Made by a program: the position numbers and the translations under genes
Notes under the pieces: generated by a model
What the model saw: only the letters and a program-made list of their open reading frames with translations
Databases searched by the model: none
Told to the model about the DNA's origin: nothing
In this document: piece after piece, positions 22,069 to 33,002 of the stretch
How the letters are laid out: each line of letters opens with the position of its first letter
How positions within the stretch are numbered: position 1 is the stretch's first letter
Assembly: GCA_048571215.1 (NCBI GenBank)
Contig: CP182352.1
Location: 3,424,001 to 3,488,000, forward strand
Direction of reading: 5' to 3'
Source of the DNA: Halarcobacter sp.
GTDB taxonomy: Bacteria; Campylobacterota; Campylobacteria; Campylobacterales; Arcobacteraceae
DNA length: 64,000 nucleotides

Positions 22069-23058
22069 ATGGAGATAGGATTTATTATTGAGACAATTGT
22101 AAAAGCAGCAGTGGTTTTAGCAGTATTCTCTGCTTTAGCTGGTTTTACAACATATATTGAAAGAAAAGTCTTAGCATTTATGCAAAGAAGACTTGGACCT
22201 ATGAATGTTGGACCGCACGGGGTTTTACAATTAGCAGCAGATGGTATAAAACTTTTTACAAAAGAGGATTTTATCCCACAAAATGCAGCTAAACCTGTAT
22301 TTATGATTGCGCCAATTATTACTGCGGCAACTGCTTTTATAGCTATGACAGCAGTTCCTTTTTTCCCAGAATTTGAACTATTTGGATATACAGTTAGACC
22401 AATTATTTCTGATGTAAATGTTGGGGTTTTATTTGTTATGGGTGTTGCTTCTGTAGGACTTTATGGACCACTATTAGCTGGTATGAGTTCTGCAAATAAG
22501 TGGGCACTTCTTGGAGGTGCTAGAACTGCAATTCAACTTTTATCTTATGAGGTTGTTTCAGGATTTGCCCTTTTAGCTCCACTTATGTTAGTTGGTTCTT
22601 TATCTTTAATCGATATTAACAATTTTCAAGCAGGGGAAAACTATTGGTTGGTTGTTTATCAACCACTAGCATTTATTTTATTTGTTATTTCAGGATTTGC
22701 AGAAACAAATAGAACACCTTTTGATTTACTTGAACATGAAGCTGAAATTGTTGCAGGATATGCAACTGAGTATTCTGGTATGAGATGGGGTATGTTTTTT
22801 ATTGGGGAGTATGCAAACCTATTTACAATCTGTTTTTTAATTTCACTTATTTTCTTAGGTGGATTTAATGATCTTTGGTTTATCCCTGGGGGATTAGCAA
22901 TTATTTTAAAAGTGATGCTTTTAATCTTTTTCTTTTTATGGACAAGAGCATCATGGCCACATATTAGACCTGACCAATTGATGTGGCTTTGTTGGAAAAT
23001 CTTAATGCCATTAGCAGTAGTTAATATTTTAATTACTGGTTTTGTGATGATGTTTTAG
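22069..23058 (+). CDS. nuoH: Complex I subunit H
   Basis: ERKVLAFMQRRLGP, ETNRTPFDL, EYSG, RPDQLM. Confidence 0.97.
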   Translation: MEIGFIIETIVKAAVVLAVFSALAGFTTYIERKVLAFMQRRLGPMNVGPHGVLQLAADGIKLFTKEDFIPQNAAKPVFMIAPIITAATAFIAMTAVPFFPEFELFGYTVRPIISDVNVGVLFVMGVASVGLYGPLLAGMSSANKWALLGGARTAIQLLSYEVVSGFALLAPLMLVGSLSLIDINNFQAGENYWLVVYQPLAFILFVISGFAETNRTPFDLLEHEAEIVAGYATEYSGMRWGMFFIGEYANLFTICFLISLIFLGGFNDLWFIPGGLAIILKVMLLIFFFLWTRASWPHIRPDQLMWLCWKILMPLAVVNILITGFVMMF

Positions 23059-23067
23059 GAGATAGTG

Positions 23068-23691
23068 ATGAGTTTAGACAAACTAAAAGATAGAAATATT
23101 GCAGTTGGTGATTATATAAATATTTTAGAAAATGACTACCCTAAAACTGGCTGGGAAGAGTTTAAGCAAGTAGCACGAAGATCTGTAAAGGGTGAGCTAT
23201 TAGGTGGACTTAAAATTGTTTGGAAGATGATGACGGGTGCACTTCTTAAAGGGGAGATGCATACAGTTCAATATCCAGCGGAAAAACTTCCTATAGGACC
23301 AAGATACAGAGCAGTGCATAAATTGCTTGGTTTATTAGAATCAGGGGAAAACAGATGTATTGGATGTGGACTTTGTGAAAAGATTTGTATTGCTGATTGT
23401 ATTAGAATGGATACAAAAATTGATGAAAACTCTAGAAAAGAGGTTTTAGAGTATACAATCAATATGGGTAGATGTATTTTTTGTGGTTATTGTGCAGAAG
23501 TTTGTCCTGAACTTGCAATTGTACATGGGCAAAGATATGAAAATGCATCTGAACAAAGAGCGCACTTTGTTTTAAAAGAGGATTTACTTACTCCACTTGA
23601 TAAATTAAAAGAGCAAAAAGAGTATCCTGGTTTTGGAGCTGTATCACCTGATGCAGATGAAAAAATCAAGAAAACTCCATTGTCATACTAA
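23068..23691 (+). CDS. nuoI: Complex I subunit I
   Basis: Two ferredoxin motifs CIGCGLCEKIC and CIFCGYCAEVCP. Confidence 0.96.
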   Translation: MSLDKLKDRNIAVGDYINILENDYPKTGWEEFKQVARRSVKGELLGGLKIVWKMMTGALLKGEMHTVQYPAEKLPIGPRYRAVHKLLGLLESGENRCIGCGLCEKICIADCIRMDTKIDENSRKEVLEYTINMGRCIFCGYCAEVCPELAIVHGQRYENASEQRAHFVLKEDLLTPLDKLKEQKEYPGFGAVSPDADEKIKKTPLSY

Positions 23692-23700
23692 GGGGGAACA

Positions 23701-24282
23701 ATGTTTGAGATAGTAGCGTTTTATCTATTTTCGTTTTTAACAATAGTGATGTTCTGTATCACTATATTTACTAACAATTCATTATATGCACTTAGTGCAT
23801 TGGCTGCTGGTATGATATTTATTTCAGCATTCTTTTTTATATTAGATGCTGACTTTTTAGGTGCAGTTCAAATTGTGGTTTATACTGGTGCAGTTATGGC
23901 ACTTTATGCCTTTGGTATGATGTTTTTTGACTCTTTATCAACAGTAAAAGAGAATATAAAAAATCCAAGACTTATATTTTTATTATCAGGTATTTCAGCA
24001 TTTATTATTGTAATGATTTTTATTGCTCCAATAATTGGAACAAATGTTGAAGCACAATACCCAGTACATCCAGAATGGGGTAACTCACAAGATGTTGGTA
24101 TTGTATTATTTACAAAATATCTAATCCCCTTTGAGGTTGCTGCTGTAATGCTTCTTGTGGCAATGATTGGTGGAATTATATTAGCAGGAAAGAAGATGGA
24201 CATATCTTATTCAGAACTCTCAGAAGAGCAAATTGATGAGCTTGAAGCACAACAAAATGCAAAGGATGAGAAATGGGTTTAA
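23701..24282 (+). CDS. nuoJ: Complex I subunit J
   Basis: QIVVYTGAV, PFEVAAVMLLVAMIG; operon order. Confidence 0.95.
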   Translation: MFEIVAFYLFSFLTIVMFCITIFTNNSLYALSALAAGMIFISAFFFILDADFLGAVQIVVYTGAVMALYAFGMMFFDSLSTVKENIKNPRLIFLLSGISAFIIVMIFIAPIIGTNVEAQYPVHPEWGNSQDVGIVLFTKYLIPFEVAAVMLLVAMIGGIILAGKKMDISYSELSEEQIDELEAQQNAKDEKWV

Positions 24283-24572
24283 ATGCATATTTGATTCTAT
24301 CAACGGTGCTATTTGTTATAGGGATAACAGGAGTTATTAGAAGAAAAAATCTTTTAATGCTTTTTTTCTCAACAGAGATTATGTTAAATGCAGTAAACAT
24401 TGGGCTTGCAGCTATTTCTAAGTTTTATGGGGATTTAACAGGTCAAATGTTTGCATTTTTTATTATTGCAATTGCAGCAAGTGAAGTTGCAATAGGACTT
24501 GGACTTCTTATTTTAGCTTATAAGAAAAGAAAATCTATAGATTTAGATACTTTACAAAGTATGAAGGGGTAA
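24273..24572 (+). CDS. nuoK: Complex I subunit K
   Basis: EIMLNA, GQMFA, AASEVAIGL. Confidence 0.95.
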   Translation: MGLNAYLILSTVLFVIGITGVIRRKNLLMLFFSTEIMLNAVNIGLAAISKFYGDLTGQMFAFFIIAIAASEVAIGLGLLILAYKKRKSIDLDTLQSMKG

Positions 24573-26506
24573 TGATGGAAAAATACTTATATATAGCACT
24601 TTTTGCCCCTCTAGTTGGCTCTTTGATAGCTACATGCTTTTCAATGAAGCCAAAACTACTTTTTACAGGAATTATAACATCTGTACTTTTAGCTGTATCG
24701 ATGATAGCTTCATTAAATCTACTTTATTATGTTTATACAAGTGATGCAATAGTTCATGTGAAAATGCTTGATTGGATATCTATAGGTAACTTACATATCC
24801 CATTTGGTTTTGTGGTTGACCAAGTTAGTGTTACCATGATGGTAGTTGTAACAATTGTTTCAACGATGGTACATGTACATTCAATTGGTTATATGGACCA
24901 TGATAAATCATTTAATAGATTTTTTGCTTGGCTTTCAGCTTTCGTTTTTTCAATGATGATATTAGTTATGTCTGATAACTTTGCTGGCTTATTTATAGGT
25001 TGGGAAGGTGTTGGTCTTTGTTCTTGGGGATTGATTGGGTTTTGGTATCATGTTGCAGATAGAGAAAAATCCTCTGATATCTATAAATCACCATTTTCAA
25101 CCCTATCACCATTCTCTTCAATCTCTCCTAGTTTTGCAGCAAATGAAGCTTTTATAACAAATAGAGTTGCTGACCTTGGGATGTTAGTTGGATTGTTTTT
25201 AATCTATTGGAACCTTGGAAGCTTACAATATGATGAGGTTTTTGCAAATATAGGAAGCCTAAGTAGTGGTTTAGTAGTTGCAATTGCAGCATTTTTATTT
25301 ATTGGTGCAATGGGTAAATCAGCACAATTTCCTTTTAACCAATGGTTAGCAAATGCAATGGAGGGTCCAACTCCTGTATCTGCTCTTATCCATGCTGCTA
25401 CAATGGTAACAGCAGGGGTTTATTTAGTGATTCGTGCAAATGAGATATTTACTGTAGTTCCACAAGTTGGATACTTTATAGCTTGTCTTGGAGCATTTGT
25501 AGCTATTGGTGCTGCTTCAATGGCACTTGTAGCAACAAATATCAAAAAAATCATCGCTTTTTCAACCCTGTCTCAACTTGGATATATGTTTGTAGCTGCT
25601 GGTCTTGGAGCTTATTGGGTAGCTTTATTTCACCTTGCAACCCATGCCTTTTTTAAATCGGTTTTATTCTTAGGTGCAGGTAATGTTATGCATGCTCTTA
25701 ATGATGAGATAAATATTAAAAATATGGGTGGACTTCATAAACATATGAAAGGGACATCTATTATTATGACAATAGCTTCTGTTGCCCTTGCTGGGATTTT
25801 TCCATTATCTGGGTTCTTCTCAAAAGACTTGATCTTAGAAGTTGCTTTTGGAACACACTCATATATCTTATGGGCAATTTTATGGATAACTGCTGGACTT
25901 ACTGCCTTTTATTCATTTAGACTTATTATGTATGTATTTCATGGGGAAGAGAACTTTAAAACTAAAGGGTATCATCCACATGAAACTTATCCATTTGTAA
26001 TTGCAGCTATGACTCCACTTGCAATTTTAGCGATTATTGCAGGATGGTTTAAAGATTCATTTATTGAGATGATTACAAAACTATTACCAGAGTTAGAGGT
26101 TCATGCAAGTGAAAGTACACTATATATACTAATAGTTATTACAACTGCGATTGCCCTTGGTGGTATCGCTTTTGCTGTTTTCAAATATAAAAAAGATGGT
26201 ACTTATTTTAGTGAAAAACTAAAAAACAGACCTTGTTATAAAATTTTGGCAAATCAATATTTTATGCCGCACATTATAGAAAATGTTATTATCAAACCAT
26301 ATTTAGCACTTTCTAAATTTGCTTGGAGAAGTATTGATCTTAGAATTGTTGATGCAATTGTTGATGCAATTGCAAAAGTTGTGTATAAAAGTGGTGAAGG
26401 AAGTAGGGTTATTCAAACGGGTAACTTATCAAGTTCGCTACGCTTAATGATTGTCGGTATTACAGTACTACTAGTGTGGATTGTTGCACTAGGTATTGCA
26501 AAGTAA
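24572..26506 (+). CDS. nuoL: Complex I subunit L
   Basis: GWEGVG, GKSAQFP, AMEGPTPVSALIHAATMV, HAFFK. Confidence 0.97.
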   Translation: MMEKYLYIALFAPLVGSLIATCFSMKPKLLFTGIITSVLLAVSMIASLNLLYYVYTSDAIVHVKMLDWISIGNLHIPFGFVVDQVSVTMMVVVTIVSTMVHVHSIGYMDHDKSFNRFFAWLSAFVFSMMILVMSDNFAGLFIGWEGVGLCSWGLIGFWYHVADREKSSDIYKSPFSTLSPFSSISPSFAANEAFITNRVADLGMLVGLFLIYWNLGSLQYDEVFANIGSLSSGLVVAIAAFLFIGAMGKSAQFPFNQWLANAMEGPTPVSALIHAATMVTAGVYLVIRANEIFTVVPQVGYFIACLGAFVAIGAASMALVATNIKKIIAFSTLSQLGYMFVAAGLGAYWVALFHLATHAFFKSVLFLGAGNVMHALNDEINIKNMGGLHKHMKGTSIIMTIASVALAGIFPLSGFFSKDLILEVAFGTHSYILWAILWITAGLTAFYSFRLIMYVFHGEENFKTKGYHPHETYPFVIAAMTPLAILAIIAGWFKDSFIEMITKLLPELEVHASESTLYILIVITTAIALGGIAFAVFKYKKDGTYFSEKLKNRPCYKILANQYFMPHIIENVIIKPYLALSKFAWRSIDLRIVDAIVDAIAKVVYKSGEGSRVIQTGNLSSSLRLMIVGITVLLVWIVALGIAK

Positions 26507-26519
26507 GGGGTTAATGAAT

Positions 26520-28052
26520 ATGGAACACATTTTATCGATTTTAATATTTTTTCCAGCATTTGCAGCACTAATTGGATTTTTAGTAAAAAATGATTCAATT
26601 AGGATGTATGGTATTGTGGTTACTGCAATAGAGTTTGCACTAAGTATATTTTTATGGTTTAGTTTTGATACAAATATTGCAGGTATGCAGTTTTCGCAAA
26701 TATCTCCTATAATTAGTGCTTATGGGATCAATTATCAAGTGGGGATAGATGGTATTTCACTATTTTTAGTGATTATGACTACCTTTATGACTATGATTTC
26801 AATCATTGGTCTAACTGAAAAAAGAAATCTAAAGCATCTAATCATAACTGTATTATTTTTAGAGATGACTATGGTTGGTGTTTTTGTTGCTTTAGATGCT
26901 ATTATTTTTTATGCATTTTGGGAACTATCACTTGTACCTATGCTTTATATTATTGGGGCTTGGGGTGGACAGTTAAGAATCTATGCCTCAATCAAGTTTT
27001 TCTTATATACCTTTTTAGGGTCTCTTATAATGCTTGTTGGTATGTTGTATCTTGGATATGTATATTTCCAAACTACTGGGAATTGGAGTTTTAGCATCTT
27101 AGATTGGAATATGATGATATTGCCTTTTGATATGCAGTTTTGGTTATTTATTGCTTTCTTTTGTGGTTTTGCTATCAAAGTTCCAATGTTTCCATTTCAT
27201 ACATGGCTTCCATATGCTCATGGTCAAGCACCAACTATAGGTTCTGTAATCTTAGCTGCTGTTTTACTTAAAATGGGTACTTATGGTTTTGTTAGATTTT
27301 CACTTCCATTATTTCCTGACGCAAGTGTTTATTTTACAATTCCTATGGCAATCTTAGCTTTAATAGCTATTATCTATACTGCTATGGTAGCTTATGCCCA
27401 AGAGGATATGAAGCAAGTTATTGCTTACTCATCTGTTTCACATATGGGTGTAATTATATTAGGTATATTTGCACTAAATGTTGAAGGGATTGGAGGATCT
27501 ATTTTCCTAATGATTTCACACGGAATTGTTTCAGGGGCACTGTTTATGTTAGTTGGGGTTATTTATGATAGAAGACACACTAAGATGATAAAAGATTTTG
27601 GAGGACTTGCAAAGGTTATGCCAAAATATGCAACAATCTTTGCAGTTATGCTTATGGCATCGGTTGGACTTCCTTTAACTATTGGTTTTGTTGGGGAGTT
27701 TTTATCTTTACTTGGGTTTTTCAAAGTTTCACCAGTACTTACTTTAATTGCAGGATTGACTATTATCTTAGGGGCAGTTTATATGTTAGTGATGTATAAA
27801 AAATCTTTTTTTGGACCACTTACAAACCCAGAAAATGAAAAACTTCAGGATATAAAAGGTAGAGAGGTAGCAGCTCTTTTACCTCTTGTGGCATTGGTTG
27901 TTATCTTAGGGGTTTATCCAAAACCTATACTAGACCCAGTTAATAAATCTGTTTCACAATTGGTTGAAATAATGCAGATAAAGGCGGTAAATCAAGATAC
28001 AAAGAGTAAAATCTTACAGTATAACAGTATTGGGGAGGTGAAACATGACTAA
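26520..28052 (+). CDS. nuoM: Complex I subunit M (start 26514 or 26520)
   Basis: [32 protein letters not shown]. Confidence 0.96.
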   Translation: MEHILSILIFFPAFAALIGFLVKNDSIRMYGIVVTAIEFALSIFLWFSFDTNIAGMQFSQISPIISAYGINYQVGIDGISLFLVIMTTFMTMISIIGLTEKRNLKHLIITVLFLEMTMVGVFVALDAIIFYAFWELSLVPMLYIIGAWGGQLRIYASIKFFLYTFLGSLIMLVGMLYLGYVYFQTTGNWSFSILDWNMMILPFDMQFWLFIAFFCGFAIKVPMFPFHTWLPYAHGQAPTIGSVILAAVLLKMGTYGFVRFSLPLFPDASVYFTIPMAILALIAIIYTAMVAYAQEDMKQVIAYSSVSHMGVIILGIFALNVEGIGGSIFLMISHGIVSGALFMLVGVIYDRRHTKMIKDFGGLAKVMPKYATIFAVMLMASVGLPLTIGFVGEFLSLLGFFKVSPVLTLIAGLTIILGAVYMLVMYKKSFFGPLTNPENEKLQDIKGREVAALLPLVALVVILGVYPKPILDPVNKSVSQLVEIMQIKAVNQDTKSKILQYNSIGEVKHD

Positions 28053-29535
28053 TATCCCAAGTATAGCAATCGATTTTGCTAGTTTAAACTTTGCAACAAT
28101 CACCCCAATGATTATGGCTATAGTAGGTGCCTTAGTGATTTTATGTATAGATTTAGTAAATAAAAATCTTGATAAATCACTTTATATCATGTTAACTGTA
28201 TTGTTTTTATTGGTAGATTTTGGAGCCTTGATTGGATATAGTGGAAATGTAAGAGGTTTTTTTGACTTAATGTTAGTTGATGGTATCTCTATACTTTCAC
28301 AAGCGATTATAGTAATAGCCTCAATACTATTTATAATAGCAGCTATGAGTAAACTAAGATTTCAAGAGTATAGATACCCTGAGTACTTTGCCTTGTATTT
28401 GTTTATGGTAGCTGGTTTTCAATTTATGGTAAGTTCTGATTCTCTTATTTTAATCTTTGTTGGACTAGAAACAGCTTCTATGGCTTTATATACATTGATT
28501 GCTATGCACAATAAACAAAATGCCCTTGAAGCTGCTATAAAATACTTTACAATGGGTGCAGTGGCAACTGGTTTTTTTGCCTTTGGTTCTATGATATTTT
28601 ATGCCTTAACAGGAACTGTAGAGTTGGGACAAATATCTGAATCTTTGGTATCAACAAATTTTGCTAATTATCCAGTTGTATTAATTGGTGTGGTGTTTAT
28701 GTTAGGTGCCTTAGCCTTTAAACTTTCACTTGTACCATTTCACACTTGGGTTGCTGATGTTTATGAGGGCTCAACCGCTTCCTTAGCAGGATTTATGTCA
28801 GTTGTACCAAAAATGGCAGGATTTGTAGTAGCCTTGAGATTTTTTGAAATCTTTGTTGCTAGTGGAGATATGTTTGTAGAACTTGTTTTATATGCAATAG
28901 TTATTTTAACAATGACCTTACCAAATATTATTGCACTTTTACAAACAGATTTAAAAAGGATGTTAGCTTACTCTTCTGTTTCTAATGCAGGTTTTGCAAT
29001 GTCAGCTATTTTAATAGGAACAACACAAGCTACAAGTGGGTTGTTTTTATATTGGTCTTTATTTTTGATTACAAATTTAGGTGGATTTACAATGATTTGG
29101 ATGAATAGAGAGAAATCTAATAGTTCATTTGACAGTGACCACAGTTTGGAAAAATATTCAGGTCTTATAAAAACCTCTCCATTAACAGCAACTATGATGG
29201 GACTATTTTTGTTAAGTCTTGCTGGTATTCCACCATTTGCACTATTTTGGGGTAAAATGTACCTAATAGGAAGTGCTGTAAATGCTGGATATTTAATCTT
29301 AGCTCTAATTATGGCAATAAACTCTGCAATAGCAGCATACTATTATCTAAAACCAATAGTATATATGTTCTTAAAAGAGCCAGTAGAAGATAAAAAAGTT
29401 GTTTATATGTCAAATGCGACAACAACAGTTAAAAGTTTGATTGGCGTTTGTGCAATAGTAACAATCCTTTCAATTTTTATAATAAACCCACTTTTAGAAC
29501 TAATCTCTTATTACGTACAAATCTCAGGTTTCTAG
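28045..29535 (+). CDS. nuoN: Complex I subunit N
   Basis: [33 protein letters not shown]. Confidence 0.96.
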   Translation: MTNIPSIAIDFASLNFATITPMIMAIVGALVILCIDLVNKNLDKSLYIMLTVLFLLVDFGALIGYSGNVRGFFDLMLVDGISILSQAIIVIASILFIIAAMSKLRFQEYRYPEYFALYLFMVAGFQFMVSSDSLILIFVGLETASMALYTLIAMHNKQNALEAAIKYFTMGAVATGFFAFGSMIFYALTGTVELGQISESLVSTNFANYPVVLIGVVFMLGALAFKLSLVPFHTWVADVYEGSTASLAGFMSVVPKMAGFVVALRFFEIFVASGDMFVELVLYAIVILTMTLPNIIALLQTDLKRMLAYSSVSNAGFAMSAILIGTTQATSGLFLYWSLFLITNLGGFTMIWMNREKSNSSFDSDHSLEKYSGLIKTSPLTATMMGLFLLSLAGIPPFALFWGKMYLIGSAVNAGYLILALIMAINSAIAAYYYLKPIVYMFLKEPVEDKKVVYMSNATTTVKSLIGVCAIVTILSIFIINPLLELISYYVQISGF

Positions 29536-29553
29536 GATATTTATCCTAGAAAC
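29528..29553 (+). terminator. Hairpin at end of nuo operon
   Basis: GTTTCTAGGATA-tt-TATCCTAGAAAC inverted repeat overlapping the nuoN stop; U-tract is weak. Confidence 0.6.
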
Positions 29554-29650
29554 TAAACTTCTAAATAAAATATTTAAATAAAAATTTTATTCAAATAGAT
29601 GATTATTTATTATAAATACCAATAAAATAAAAAATCTATATATAAAATCT

Positions 29651-29673
29651 AAAATGCAACTAAGTTGCATTTT
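29651..29673. promoter_or_regulatory. Perfect 11-1-11 palindromic operator upstream of dksA-like gene
   Basis: AAAATGCAACT-A-AGTTGCATTTT, ending about 30 nt before the 29705 ATG. Confidence 0.7.
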
Positions 29674-29704
29674 GATAATATTTCCATAAAATTTGGGGAA
29701 TAAA

Positions 29705-30067
29705 ATGGCTAGAGAACTTAATAAAAAACAAATAGAGGAAGTTAAAACTCTATTATTAGAAGCGAAAGCTAAAATAGAAAATGTGTTAAATAATATATCT
29801 GATGATCATAATTCTTTAAATGATATGGATTTAAATGATGAGGGTGATTTTGCAGTTGCAAGTAGGGATTTTAATACTGATATGCATATTAAAAAACAGC
29901 AGTTAGAAGAGTTGGAATTGATCAATCATGCACTTAAAAAGATAGAAAAGGGCGAGTTTACTGGTGGATGCGAAATGTGTGATGCAGATATTGGTATGAG
30001 ACGTCTTAGGGTAAAACCATATGCAAAATATTGTATAGATTGTAGGACTTATTTAGATAAAAAATAA
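29705..30067 (+). CDS. dksA: DksA/TraR C4-type zinc-finger protein
   Basis: Coiled-coil tip DEGDFA (DxxDxA), CEMC...RL...PYAKYCIDC. Confidence 0.85.
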   Translation: MARELNKKQIEEVKTLLLEAKAKIENVLNNISDDHNSLNDMDLNDEGDFAVASRDFNTDMHIKKQQLEELELINHALKKIEKGEFTGGCEMCDADIGMRRLRVKPYAKYCIDCRTYLDKK

Positions 30068-30079
30068 ATTAATATTATT

Positions 30080-30112
30080 TGTGACGAAAATGTGACAATA
30101 TCTTGCTATGAT
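30080..30112 (+). promoter_or_regulatory. Tandem TGTGAC-N5-TGTGACA box followed by extended -10 TGcTATGAT
   Basis: TGTGAC at 30080 and 30091; TATGAT at 30107; same geometry as 9724-9756. Confidence 0.65.
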
Positions 30113-30139
30113 TAGTAAAATATATCTTGGGGTAATAAT

Positions 30140-31198
30140 ATGAAAAAATATTTTAAACTTATAGCAATAATTATATTTTTATTTAACAATCTCCTTTATG
30201 CAGATAAACAAGAAGAGAAAAAACTTTATGATAAAGCAATGGAGCTAATAGATGATTATAGTGGCAATAGCACAAACTTATATGAAGCACTTTATCAAAT
30301 AGAAAAAATAAAAAAGATTAATTCAAATAGCAAATATTATTTTATCTCAAAAGGAAGGTATTTAAGAATAAAAGGTTATTTATATGGGGACACTTATGAG
30401 GATGAAGCTTTAGAAAAATCAAAGAGTTTTATAAAAAAAGCTATTAAGATTGAACCCTCTTATATTGATTCTTATTTTTATGGAATACCTACTTATATCT
30501 ATGGAAATGATATAGTAAGCGCAAAAGATTTTATTAAAAAAACTGAAAAACTAGTAAAAAGTGAAAAGGATAGAGGAAAATTATTATATATGAAAACTCA
30601 ATTGGACTTAAAATTAAAAAAGTTTGATTTAGTAATAGAAAATAGTAATAAAATACTTAAACTAGATATTCCAGAAAAATTTTATTATGGGGTATATTCT
30701 AATTTAGCACAAGCTTATAAAAATATAAAAGAGTATGATAAAGCAGAGTCTTATTATAAAAAGGTAATTGAACTTAAATCAAGTGCTTGGAATATATTCA
30801 ATCTAGGTAGTTTTTATTATAATTATAAAAAAGAGTATGATAAAGCGATAAAATATTGTAAAGAGGCAATCTCAATTATGAATTTTCCTTTGGCTAATAA
30901 AGTCCTTGGAAAAGCATATTATAAGAAAGCAGCAAAACTTTATTGGGATGAAAAATGGTACCAAGATGCTTTGGAAAATTTCCTTTTATCCGTTCAATAT
31001 TACCCAACATCAAATGGCTATTATGGCTTAGGTCTATCATACTATCAAGTGGGGCATGGAACAAAAAATAAGGATTTGATATTAAAAGCAAAAGAGGCTT
31101 TTGAATACTCCTTGGAATTGAACCCAGATAACAAATATTCAAAAAAATATTTGTTTAGAGTAAATGAGCTTTTAACTTGGATTGAGCAAAATCAATAG
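30140..31198 (+). CDS. Exported tetratricopeptide-repeat protein
   Basis: Signal-peptide-like N-terminus (MKKYFKLIAIIIFLFNNLLYA); repeated NLA/NLG...YDKA...Y TPR patterns. Confidence 0.85.
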   Translation: MKKYFKLIAIIIFLFNNLLYADKQEEKKLYDKAMELIDDYSGNSTNLYEALYQIEKIKKINSNSKYYFISKGRYLRIKGYLYGDTYEDEALEKSKSFIKKAIKIEPSYIDSYFYGIPTYIYGNDIVSAKDFIKKTEKLVKSEKDRGKLLYMKTQLDLKLKKFDLVIENSNKILKLDIPEKFYYGVYSNLAQAYKNIKEYDKAESYYKKVIELKSSAWNIFNLGSFYYNYKKEYDKAIKYCKEAISIMNFPLANKVLGKAYYKKAAKLYWDEKWYQDALENFLLSVQYYPTSNGYYGLGLSYYQVGHGTKNKDLILKAKEAFEYSLELNPDNKYSKKYLFRVNELLTWIEQNQ

Positions 31199-31239
31199 GC
31201 TTAAATTTTTTACATTAAATCTAAAAGTAATACTTAACT

Positions 31240-31248
31240 TGCTAAAAT
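31240..31248 (+). promoter_or_regulatory. Extended -10 promoter element for mqnD
   Basis: TGCTAAAAT upstream of AAGGA RBS. Confidence 0.5.
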
Positions 31249-31277
31249 CCTTTTAGAAAATTTTTTAAGGATTTATT

Positions 31278-32141
31278 TTGAAGAGTATAAGTGTTGCACA
31301 TTCTCCCGATGCCGATGATATTTTTATGTATTATGCTATTAAATTTGGTTGGGTTACCCCTAAAGATGCAAGTTTTGTAAATATAGCAGACGATATTGAA
31401 ACTCTAAATCAAGCTACATTAAAAGGTGAGTATGATATCTGTGCAATATCTTTTGCCCTTTATCCTTTTGTTAAAGATGATTATGCCCTATTAAAAACAG
31501 CTGTTTCTTTTGGACAAGGGTATGGTCCTAAACTTATCAAGAAAAAAGGTACTAAGTTAAAAAGGAACTTTAAAGTAGCACTTAGTGGAGAGTTTACTAC
31601 AAATGCTCTTTTATTTAAAGTGGCATACCCAGAAGCTAGAATCACTTATATGAACTTTTTAGATATAGAAAAAGCTGTTTTAGATGGCACAGTTGATGCG
31701 GGTGTTTTAATCCACGAATCAATTTTAAATTTTGATGAAGAGTTAGAAGTGGAACGTGAGATTTGGGATATTTGGGTAGAGCTTAGTGGAGGAGACTTAC
31801 CACTTCCTTTAGGTGGGATGTGTCTTCGACGATCATTGCCTCTTCATAGTGCGATTGATTATGAAAATACTCTAATCAAAGCTGTTGATGTGGCAAATAA
31901 AAATAGAAAAATCTTAGCTCCAATGTTACTTGAAAAAGGGCTTATTAGAGTAGATGCTGATACTTTAGATACTTATTTAGATCTTTATGCAAATGATACA
32001 TCAGTTATGATGGATGAGGTTCAATTTAAAGCTTTAGATAAACTATTTGAGATAGGGTATAAAAATGGTTTTTATGAAAATCTTATAAAAGCAGAAGATT
32101 TTTTAATCCCAAGTGAGTATGAGGAACTCCGTTCTAAATGA
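31278..32141 (+). CDS. mqnD: 1,4-dihydroxy-6-naphthoate synthase MqnD (futalosine menaquinone pathway)
   Basis: AHSPDADDIFM, DIETLN, GYGP, LIHE, LPLPLGG. Confidence 0.88.
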   Translation: MKSISVAHSPDADDIFMYYAIKFGWVTPKDASFVNIADDIETLNQATLKGEYDICAISFALYPFVKDDYALLKTAVSFGQGYGPKLIKKKGTKLKRNFKVALSGEFTTNALLFKVAYPEARITYMNFLDIEKAVLDGTVDAGVLIHESILNFDEELEVEREIWDIWVELSGGDLPLPLGGMCLRRSLPLHSAIDYENTLIKAVDVANKNRKILAPMLLEKGLIRVDADTLDTYLDLYANDTSVMMDEVQFKALDKLFEIGYKNGFYENLIKAEDFLIPSEYEELRSK

Positions 32142-32158
32142 AAAGTGAAAAATAAAAA

Positions 32159-32938
32159 GTGAATAATTATGTTAAGCAGATAGATTTTTCAAAATATTCA
32201 TCAATACATATAGGTCCTGTTGTTGATGTTCTTGTTATAAATGAGATAGGAGATTATAGCGATTATCAAATAATTGGTCGTGCAAATAATCTTTTGATAT
32301 CTAATACTCCTCCAAAATTTGCAATTTTAGGTGAAGAGTTTGATTATATAAAACAAGTTGATGATAAATTGTATGTGGGTTGTGCTACAACATCAGGGAA
32401 ACTTTTAACATATTGTAGAAAAAATGATATTGCAAACTTAGAATTTTTAGCTAAGTTGCCTGGAAATCTTGGTGGTTTAGTTAAGATGAATGCAGGATTA
32501 AAATCTTGGGAAATCTTTAATTATATTAATAAAATTAAAACAAAAGATGGCTATATAAAAAAAGAGGATATAAACTACTCTTATAGGCATACACATTTAG
32601 ATACAATAGTTTATGAAGTGGTATTTAATATTGAGTTTGGTTTTTCTAAAGAGAAACTAAAAGAGTTTAATAAAATGAGAGATAATCAACCACAAATGGC
32701 AAGTGCAGGAAGCTGTTTTAAAAATCCCAAAGGGGATTTTGCAGGAAGACTTATCCAAGAGGTTGGTTTGAAGGGATTGAAAAAAGGTGGTATGTCCTTT
32801 AGTGAGGTTCACGCAAATTTTTTAGTAAATGAGGGTTCTGGAACATACGAAGAAGCAATATATTTGATAAAAGAAGCAAAAAATAGAATTAAAGAAAAAT
32901 TTAATATAGAAATAGAAGAAGAGGTAGTTATATTTTAG
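32159..32938 (+). CDS. murB: UDP-N-acetylmuramate dehydrogenase
   Basis: LPGNLGGLVKMNAG, SYR, SAGSCFKNP, HANFLVN. Confidence 0.93.
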   Translation: MNNYVKQIDFSKYSSIHIGPVVDVLVINEIGDYSDYQIIGRANNLLISNTPPKFAILGEEFDYIKQVDDKLYVGCATTSGKLLTYCRKNDIANLEFLAKLPGNLGGLVKMNAGLKSWEIFNYINKIKTKDGYIKKEDINYSYRHTHLDTIVYEVVFNIEFGFSKEKLKEFNKMRDNQPQMASAGSCFKNPKGDFAGRLIQEVGLKGLKKGGMSFSEVHANFLVNEGSGTYEEAIYLIKEAKNRIKEKFNIEIEEEVVIF

Positions 32939-32962
32939 AATTAATTGCTTTTAATTTATTTA

Positions 32963-32971
32963 TGTTAGAAT
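32963..32971 (+). promoter_or_regulatory. Extended -10 promoter element for topA
   Basis: TGTTAGAAT about 30 nt upstream of the GTG start. Confidence 0.5.
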
Positions 32972-33002
32972 TTCAGCTTTATAAAGAAAAGGGTATTTAA
33001 TA

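Noticed and set aside
16923..27178. Small antisense or alternate-frame ORFs within the nuo operon
   Set aside because: Fully overlap conserved nuo genes; no independent evidence of coding.
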